From NCBI GenBank assembly GCA_946405105.1, contig CAMJFY010000007.1, positions 882 through 64,881 on the forward strand: a stretch of DNA of 64,000 bases. The letters run 5' to 3'. This DNA is from an uncultured Bacillales bacterium (GTDB lineage: Bacteria > Bacillota_I > Bacilli_A > Acholeplasmatales > Anaeroplasmataceae). The position numbers were made by a program, and so were the translations under genes. Shown here in pieces: positions 57,732 to 64,000 of the stretch. Position 1 is the first letter of the stretch; every line of letters begins with the position of its first letter. The notes beneath the pieces are model-generated. The model had not been told where the DNA came from, did no database searches, and saw only the letters and a program-made list of their open reading frames with translations.

Positions 57732-57773
57732 CGGGATTTTCATTTAAATAATGCTAATTAGGAGGAGAAGGTT

Positions 57774-59276
57774 ATGAAGGCATTAGTTTTATTAAGTGGA
57801 ATGGTAGTTCCAGTAATCGTTGGTATAGCAATCGCTATTGCAATTCTATTAGTTTGCTTATTTGTTGCAGGCTATGTTAAGGCTGCTCCAGATACTGCAA
57901 TCATTATTTCAGGTCTTGGAAAAAGAAAAATATTAATTGGTAAGGCTGGCTTTAGAATGCCTTTCTTACAAAGAATTGATAAATTATCTTTAAGAGTTTT
58001 CCAAGTAGATATTAAAACAGATGAAGCAATTCCTACTTCAAATTTCATTAATATTAGAGTTGATGGTGTTGCTAACTTAAAGATTTCTTCTGATCCTGAG
58101 CTTTTAAAGCTAGCTGCAGAAGCAATATTAAATATGAGTGAGAAAAATTTAATTACTCAGGTACAACAAGTATTACAAGGTAATATGCGTGAAATTATTG
58201 GTACAGTAGATATTAAGAGATTAGTTCAAGATAGACAAGGTGTAGCACAATCAGTAAAAGAAAATGTAGTTCCTGATATGGCTAAAATGGGTATTGAGGT
58301 TGTTAATTTCAATATTCAATCTTTCTCAGATGACAATCATGTGATTGAGAATTTAGGTATTGATAATATTTCTCAAATCTCTAAGGATGCAGCAATTGCG
58401 AAAGCAAATGCTGATAGAGATGTTACAATTGCAAAATCTTTAGCTGAAGAGGCTGCAAACCGTTCAAGAGTTGAAGCTAATCAAAAGATTATTGAGCAAA
58501 ATACTGAATTATCTTTAAAGGAATCTTCTTTAAAGCAAAAAACAGATACTGCAAAGGCTACTGCAGATGCAGCATATTCAATTGAAGAGCAAAAAAAACA
58601 ACAAGAAATCAATATTGCAAAAATCAATGCTGATATTGCAAAGAGAGAAAGAGAAGTTGAATTAGGACAAAAGGAAGTAGAATTACAAGAAAGAAAGCTA
58701 CAAGCTCAAATTAATAAGCAAGCCGAAGCTGAAAAATATGCAGCTGAGCAAAGAGCAGAAGCTGATCTATTCACACGTCAAAAGGCTGCAGAAGCTAGAA
58801 AATATGAATTAGAACAAGAAGCAGAAATGCAAAAGATTGAAGCAGAAGCTAAAAGAGTTGCTAAAGAAAAAGAGGCAGAAGCTTTAAAAATTGAAGCTCT
58901 TGCTAAAAAGGAAGCAGCTTTAGCTGAGGCAGCAGGTATTGAGGCTAAGGGTAAGGCAGAAGCCGATGCTATTAAGGCTAAGGCAGACGCAATGAAGCAA
59001 TATGGTGAAGCTGCTACATTACAATTAATTCTTGATTCTAATGTTTTACCAGAAATGATTAAGGCTTATGCAGAGCCTATGGCATCTGCAATGTCTAAGA
59101 TTGATTCTATTACAATGTATGGTGAAGGAAATACTGCAAAATTAAATGAAGAAATTACTAGAAATGGTACTCAAATCTTTGCAGGTCTAGAACAAGCTAC
59201 AGGATTAGATATTAAATCTTTACTTGCAGGCTATTTAGGTGGAAAGCTTATCAGCAAAGAACCAAAAACTGAATAA
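57774..59276 (+). CDS. flotillin (FloT/YuaG-like SPFH protein)
   Basis: N-terminal hairpin anchor, an SPFH domain (PFLQRIDKLSLRVFQVDI), and long EA-rich coiled-coil flotillin repeats (AEAEKYAAEQRAEAD...). Confidence 0.85.
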   Translation: MKALVLLSGMVVPVIVGIAIAIAILLVCLFVAGYVKAAPDTAIIISGLGKRKILIGKAGFRMPFLQRIDKLSLRVFQVDIKTDEAIPTSNFINIRVDGVANLKISSDPELLKLAAEAILNMSEKNLITQVQQVLQGNMREIIGTVDIKRLVQDRQGVAQSVKENVVPDMAKMGIEVVNFNIQSFSDDNHVIENLGIDNISQISKDAAIAKANADRDVTIAKSLAEEAANRSRVEANQKIIEQNTELSLKESSLKQKTDTAKATADAAYSIEEQKKQQEINIAKINADIAKREREVELGQKEVELQERKLQAQINKQAEAEKYAAEQRAEADLFTRQKAAEARKYELEQEAEMQKIEAEAKRVAKEKEAEALKIEALAKKEAALAEAAGIEAKGKAEADAIKAKADAMKQYGEAATLQLILDSNVLPEMIKAYAEPMASAMSKIDSITMYGEGNTAKLNEEITRNGTQIFAGLEQATGLDIKSLLAGYLGGKLISKEPKTE

Positions 59277-59282
59277 ATAAAA

Positions 59283-59308
59283 AAGGCCTATCGTAAGATA
59301 GGTCTTTT
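59283..59308. terminator. bidirectional terminator between convergent genes
   Basis: AGGCCTATC gtaa GATAGGTCT, flanked by A-runs and T-runs. Confidence 0.75.
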
Positions 59309-59311
59309 CCA

Positions 59312-60664
59312 TTAATTTAAAGATTTTTCGATTATATTAATTAGTAAATTAATACCTTTAGGAATATTATCTATATCAATACCTGAATATCCAATAATAA
59401 TTCTATTATCATCTTTATTATTTAGATAATAATCTTCCATTAATGATATATCTATAGAGTTTTTTATACATTCCTTTTTAAATATTTCTTTATTTAAATT
59501 CTTTATAGATATAATAAGTGATAAATATGAATTATTATAATCAATATCAATATATTCATAATTTTTTAATAATGAAATAATTAATTCTCTTTTTTGTTTA
59601 TATAATGATTTAGTTTTATTTAAATGTCTTGAATAAGCACCACTATTAATAAATTCAGCTAATATTAGCTGATCTAGAGTAGATACAGTAGTTGAATAGA
59701 ATGAATATTTTTTATTATATAATTCATATACCTTATCAGGTAAAATCATATAGCTTATTCTTAATGAAGGAGATATAGTTCTAGAATATGTAGATAATAA
59801 AATAGTATTTTCTTTATTTAATGATAATAATGATATTGATTTATTAGATAAATATTTAAATTCAGAATCAAAATCATCTTCAATAATATATTTATTACCT
59901 TTAGCCCATTTAGCTATTTCAATTTTTCTTTTCATTGATGTTTTAATTCCTGTAGGGAATTGATTAGAAGGAGTAATATAAATAGCATTGGCATTTAGAT
60001 TATTAATAATCATTCCTTCATCATCTAAATCACATAAAACTGCTTTTTTATGATTATTTTCAATAATTTTATATATCTTATCATATCCAGGATTTTCTAT
60101 ACCAATAGTAGATAGATTTAATAAATTAATAATTAAACTTAATAAATATTCAATACCACTACCAATTATTATATTTTTAGGATTAATGCTGATACCTTTA
60201 TTTTCATATAAATAATTCGCAATTGTATTTCTTAATTTTACATTTCCATAATTATCAGATTTAATTAAGATATTTTCATTATAAATAATATCTTTACATA
60301 ATTTATTCCATGTATAATATGGAAATATTTTAGAATCAATATTTTTAGTAGAAAAATCATATTTATAATTTTTGATAGATGTATTTAAAGAAGAAGATTC
60401 TATATCTTTAGTAATAGATAGGTCATATTCAGATACATAATATCCCTTTTTAGGAATAGATATTATTAATTCCTCATCTATTAATAAATTATATGCTTCA
60501 ATTACCGTATTTAAGCTTATATCTAAATATGTAGATAATGTTCTTTTAGAAGGGAGCTTCTCATTAGGCTTTAAGGTTTTATTCAATATTAATTCTTTTA
60601 TTTTGTTATAAAGCTCTATATAAATTGGAGCCTTTTTCTCAAATGTAAAATCAAACTTTTTCAT
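59312..60664 (-). CDS. MocR-type regulator (GntR winged helix fused to an aminotransferase-like domain)
   Basis: N-terminus IYIELYNKIKELILNKTLKPNEKLPSKRTLSTYLDISLNTVIEAYNLL. C-terminal fold-type-I-like domain with the box STYSRTISPSLRISY. Confidence 0.8.
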   Translation of the reverse strand: MKKFDFTFEKKAPIYIELYNKIKELILNKTLKPNEKLPSKRTLSTYLDISLNTVIEAYNLLIDEELIISIPKKGYYVSEYDLSITKDIESSSLNTSIKNYKYDFSTKNIDSKIFPYYTWNKLCKDIIYNENILIKSDNYGNVKLRNTIANYLYENKGISINPKNIIIGSGIEYLLSLIINLLNLSTIGIENPGYDKIYKIIENNHKKAVLCDLDDEGMIINNLNANAIYITPSNQFPTGIKTSMKRKIEIAKWAKGNKYIIEDDFDSEFKYLSNKSISLLSLNKENTILLSTYSRTISPSLRISYMILPDKVYELYNKKYSFYSTTVSTLDQLILAEFINSGAYSRHLNKTKSLYKQKRELIISLLKNYEYIDIDYNNSYLSLIISIKNLNKEIFKKECIKNSIDISLMEDYYLNNKDDNRIIIGYSGIDIDNIPKGINLLINIIEKSLN

Positions 60665-60768
60665 AATCCACCTGGTACCAAAAAAATATTGTAATCTGAT
60701 ACTAAAAATAGTTTCAGTTTAAGTATATTATATAAATGTATTTTCAAAATATCAAGGGAGTGATTATT

Positions 60769-61683
60769 ATGAATGAAAAAAAGAGAATTATTTTGAAAAA
60801 GGTAATAATTGTTGCGATGCTTATCGCACTATGCTTTGCAGCAACATTTATTAAAATAGATATGCCAACAGGAGATATGGTACACTTAGGTAATTTTGTT
60901 ATGATTATGGCAGCATTATTACTTGGTGGAATTGAGGGCGGACTTGTTGGTAGCCTAGGAATGGGTTTATATGATATTATATTTTATTCAAATAGACCTA
61001 CAACAATAATAAGAACATTTATCTTAAAGTTTATAGTTGGATTCTTAGTTGGATTCTTATTTAGATTAGTATTAAAGAAGAAGGTAAGCACTAAGGCATT
61101 ATTAATTAGCTCAATTGCATTTTTCTTAGCATTATTCGGTATTTCTTTAACACTATTCTTAGTAGGAAACAAGGATGGATTCTCATTTGCTAATGGCTTA
61201 ACAGCTAGTATTTTAGTTAGTGGTAAAGCAGTAAAGATTTCATTATATATTCCAATTTTCTCATTATTATTTGCAGCAGGTTTGACAGTTGCATTAATCT
61301 TATCTAGAAAGCTTTCATCTAGATCTAAGGCTGCATTATTTGCAATAACAATTGCTGTTTTAGTTAATATTTTAGGTGAATTCTTATTAAGATGGTTATT
61401 TGAAGGAGCATATAACACATTAATTGGTGGCTTAGCAGCAGAAAATGCATTCTCTGCATCATTATTAACAGCAACTTCAAAGATTCCTGGTTCATTAATT
61501 ACAGGATTTGCAAGCATATTATTAGCTGTATTAGTATACGAGCCTGTATATTTAGGTGTAAAGAATCTAGAAGTATTTAATGATGATACATTACAATATG
61601 ATGAGAGAAAAGAAGCTGAAGAAAATAAAGAAGAAATCAGCTTAAATAATAATTCAAATACCGTTCAAGGAAATTTAAATTAA
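60769..61683 (+). CDS. polytopic membrane protein, ECF-transporter S-component-like
   Basis: GGGAGTGA precedes ATG 60769. KKVIIVAMLIALCFAATFIKIDMPTGDMVHLGNFVMIMAALLLGGIEGGLVG resembles S-component N-termini. At 304 aa it is longer than typical S components. Confidence 0.45.
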   Translation: MNEKKRIILKKVIIVAMLIALCFAATFIKIDMPTGDMVHLGNFVMIMAALLLGGIEGGLVGSLGMGLYDIIFYSNRPTTIIRTFILKFIVGFLVGFLFRLVLKKKVSTKALLISSIAFFLALFGISLTLFLVGNKDGFSFANGLTASILVSGKAVKISLYIPIFSLLFAAGLTVALILSRKLSSRSKAALFAITIAVLVNILGEFLLRWLFEGAYNTLIGGLAAENAFSASLLTATSKIPGSLITGFASILLAVLVYEPVYLGVKNLEVFNDDTLQYDERKEAEENKEEISLNNNSNTVQGNLN

Positions 61684-61718
61684 TATTTTAAATCATTTTA
61701 TGATGGTTTATAGAAAAG

Positions 61719-61750
61719 TAGTTACTAGTTACTATAGTAACTATTTTTTT
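61719..61750 (+). terminator. rho-independent terminator
   Basis: TAGTTACTA gttacta TAGTAACTA TTTTTTT. Confidence 0.75.
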
Positions 61751-61800
61751 ATGTTCTGTTGAATAATACCATTATCTTTGATATAATTAAGAGGATAGGG

Positions 61801-63831
61801 GTGATACCATTGATTAAATTAATTATTGGTTTTATATTTCTAGTAATTTTTGGTTTTTCAGGTTACTTCACATATTACTTTTTAGAAATACAACAAAATT
61901 TAATTCTAGCTGCAGTATTTGCTGTATCAGCAACAGCTGCATTAGTATTATTCATGTTGTTCCTATTTAGTTTTATTAACAAGAAGAACAAATTAAAATT
62001 GGAAGATATGGAATTAAGATTAAAGAAATGGTCTAACATTGCATACCATGCATCAAAGGCCGGAGATGAAGTATTTAATCAATTACCTATAGCTATCCTT
62101 CTATATGATGAATCATATCAAATTAAATGGTCTAACAATTATGCAAAGGAAATCTTTAAAAGCCAATTAAATGATGTTGTCCTTGATCAAATTTCTAAAG
62201 ATTTACTTGATGCAATAATTTTAAATAAAAAGCAAATTCTATTTAATTATGATGGAAAAGCTTATGACGTTATCCATAATATTGAAAATGATATCTTATA
62301 TTTCTTTGAGGTTACTGAAAGAGAAGCAATTAAAAAGAGATATAACGAAAGAATCACTGCAGTTGGTATTCTAGAGTTAGATAACCTAGAAGAAAGCTTA
62401 AAGAGATTTGATATGCAAGAAAAAGCAAACGTTCGTGGTCAAATCCTAGGTGAGGTTTCAGACTGGATTGCTAGATATGATTGTTACTTACAATCTGTAA
62501 CAGGCGATAGAATGATTATCATTATGGATAAGGATTCATTAAGTAAGATGATCGTTGATAAGTTTAGTATTCTATCTTCTGTAAGAGAAATATCACAAAA
62601 GAATAGATTAAAAGCAAGTATCTCAATGGGTATTGCTTGTCATGATGTTAACTTTGATGAATTAGGTAGCATCGCTCAATCAGCTATTGAATTAGCTGAA
62701 AAGAGAGGTGGAGACCAGGTTGTTGTTAACGAAGAAGGTAAGAAGATTCAATTCTTCGGTGGTAACTCTAACTCATTCGAAAAGAACTCATTAGTAGAAG
62801 TTCGTATGCAAGCAATGAGCTTAAAGGAAGCAGTTGAAGGAAGCTCTAACGTATTAATTATGTGTCATAACTTCGCAGACTGTGATGCCTTAGGTTCTAT
62901 GATTGGTGCCTTCCACATGGTTGCATCTAGTGGTAAGGACGTTAAGATGGTATTTGATGTAAACAGAGCTGACGCAACAGTTAAAAAGATTTACAAAAAG
63001 GTTGTTGATGACCCTGTATTACCAAGCTATTTTATTTCAATTGGAGAAGCCCTAGATTTATTAAAGCCTACAACATTATTATTAATTACTGATACACAAT
63101 CACCTAATTTAGTAATGTTCAAGGAATTATTAGAAAAGGCTAAGAGATTATCAATTATTGACCACCATAGAGCTGGTGATAATGGATATAAGGATTATTT
63201 ATCATATTATGTTGAATCAAGTGCTTCATCAGCAGTTGAATTAGTTTCTGAAATGTTCATGTTCTATAATTCTGATATTACAGTATCAGCATTAGAAGCA
63301 TCTATTATGTTATCTGGTATTATCGTAGATACTAATAACTTCACAATGCGTTCAGGTATAAGAACATTCGAAGCAGCAGCTACATTAAGAAGCATGGGTG
63401 CTGATATGATTTTCGTAAGAAGATTATTACAAGAGCCACTTGATAGTGAAAAATTCATTGCTGAAGCTATTACTAATGCTGAGGTATATGGTGAGAAATT
63501 CGGTATCGTTAGACTTGATGATGATAGACTTATTTCAGATAGAACATTATTAGCTAAGATTGCTGATAGATTATTGACAATCAATGGTGTACAAGCATCA
63601 TTCGTTATTGGTAGAATTGATGAGCTAACTGTTGGTGTTTCAGCACGAAGCTTAGGTAATGATATCAATGTTCAAATGGTTATGGAAGCCATGGGTGGTG
63701 GAGGACACTTTAATAGTGCAGCTACTCAGGTTAAACAAAAGGATGATACAAAGCCTGTTAGTGTTTCAAGCGTAAATAGTAGATTAATAGAAATCTTAAA
63801 GCTTGAATATGTTGAGGGAGGCGGAAGCGTT
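61801..63831 (+). CDS. gdpP: GdpP-type c-di-AMP phosphodiesterase (2 TM, PAS-like, degenerate GGDEF, DHH/DHHA1); no stop codon before rplI
   Basis: Hand translation from GTG 61801 (or TTG 61810). Two TM helices, MCHNFADCDALGS, IIDHHR (DHH at 63160-63168), GGGGH (63694-63708). The frame stays open into the L9 ORF. The gene is absent from the ORF track because no stop occurs inside the window. Confidence 0.85.
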
Positions 63832-64000
63832 ATGAAGGTTATTTTAACTCAAGATGTTAAAGGTAAAGGTAAAAAGGATGATATTATCGATGTTGCTACA
63901 GGATATGGTAACTATCTAATCTCTAATAAGATGGGATTAGCAGCATCTGAAGAAAACCTACAAATCTTTGAAAAGCAAAAGGCTGATCAAAAGAAGGAAG
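63832..64000 (+). CDS. rplI: 50S ribosomal protein L9, 3' end cut by the window edge
   Basis: GAGGGAGG 63814-63821 lies 10 nt before ATG 63832. MKVILTQDVKGKGKKDDIIDVATGYGNYLI is the L9 N-terminal domain. Confidence 0.9.
   Translation, partial: MKVILTQDVKGKGKKDDIIDVATGYGNYLISNKMGLAASEENLQIFEKQKADQKKE

Noticed and set aside
44-63668. Short ORFs in the track that lie antisense to, or out of frame within, well-supported genes: 44-238(-), 289-498(-), 804-989(+), 3609-3791(-), 7273-7509(-), 10362-10733(-), 14611-14826(-), 17589-17888(-), 18609-18794(-), 21384-21599(-), 25729-25914(-), 27466-27759(-), 29189-29440(-), 30212-30469(-), 33579-33878(-), 34264-34476(-), 36261-36572(-), 39349-39627(-), 42940-43248(-), 45835-46089(-), 47162-47368(+), 49792-50055(-), 55043-55243(+), 55780-55998(-), 56353-56556(-), 60984-61517(-), 63264-63668(-)
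   Set aside because: Each one overlaps a longer ORF with clear family motifs or an SD-supported start. They have no SD of their own and a low-complexity, shadow-frame composition. They are treated as shadow ORFs.
63811-63834. The EGGGS junction between GdpP and L9 considered as an engineered flexible linker
   Set aside because: The Gly codons are simply the L9 Shine-Dalgarno sequence (GAGGGAGGCGG) read in the gdpP frame. Nothing else suggests a construct. The natural explanation (a lost or absent stop codon) is kept as the finding instead.

Overview
Very AT-rich chromosomal window that uses the standard genetic code: ORFs are long and uninterrupted, and TGA acts as a stop (e.g. 48873-48875). 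It looks like a low-GC Bacillota anaerobe (Erysipelotrichia- or Acholeplasma-like). Nearly all genes are on the + strand, and at least seven proteins have lipoprotein signal peptides. Layout: (1) 1-8.6 kb is accessory: two tandem BspA-type LRR lipoproteins flanked by a 46-nt repeat, an XRE / HExxH / Xis / double-recombinase integration module pointing at tRNA-Arg(CCU), and an unexplained G+C-rich promoter-driven segment that begins with a perfect tRNA 5' half. (2) 8.7-12.7 kb holds two large lipoproteins. (3) 12.7-22 kb is an aromatic amino-acid / aryl-acid cluster (aminotransferase, PaaI, IorAB, PaaK, ACT, second CoA ligase, Na+/solute symporter). (4) Next come a Zn-ribbon protein and a solitary Rpn nuclease. 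(5) The str operon rpsL-rpsG-fusA-tuf follows. (6) Then an OmpR-type RR/HK pair plus an ABC (FtsX) module. (7) Then MscL, an RCK channel, TatD and a CDF transporter. (8) A 5.8-kb DUF4011/Upf1-like helicase-nuclease gene (Hhe-like) carries an extra N-terminal transglutaminase-like domain and is translationally coupled to a degenerate COG0523 GTPase. (9) rpsF-ssb-rpsR. (10) A DinJ-Fic toxin-antitoxin pair, an S41-like lipoprotein, a lipase, DUF1295 and YhhN. (11) An SPFH-Zn-ribbon / YdjG-like / flotillin cluster whose flotillin gene has a terminator-containing leader. (12) A MocR regulator beside a divergent membrane protein. (13) gdpP reads in frame, with no stop codon, into rplI. No rRNA, CRISPR array or IS transposase was seen. 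All calls come from reading the translations and the DNA by eye; no database search was run.
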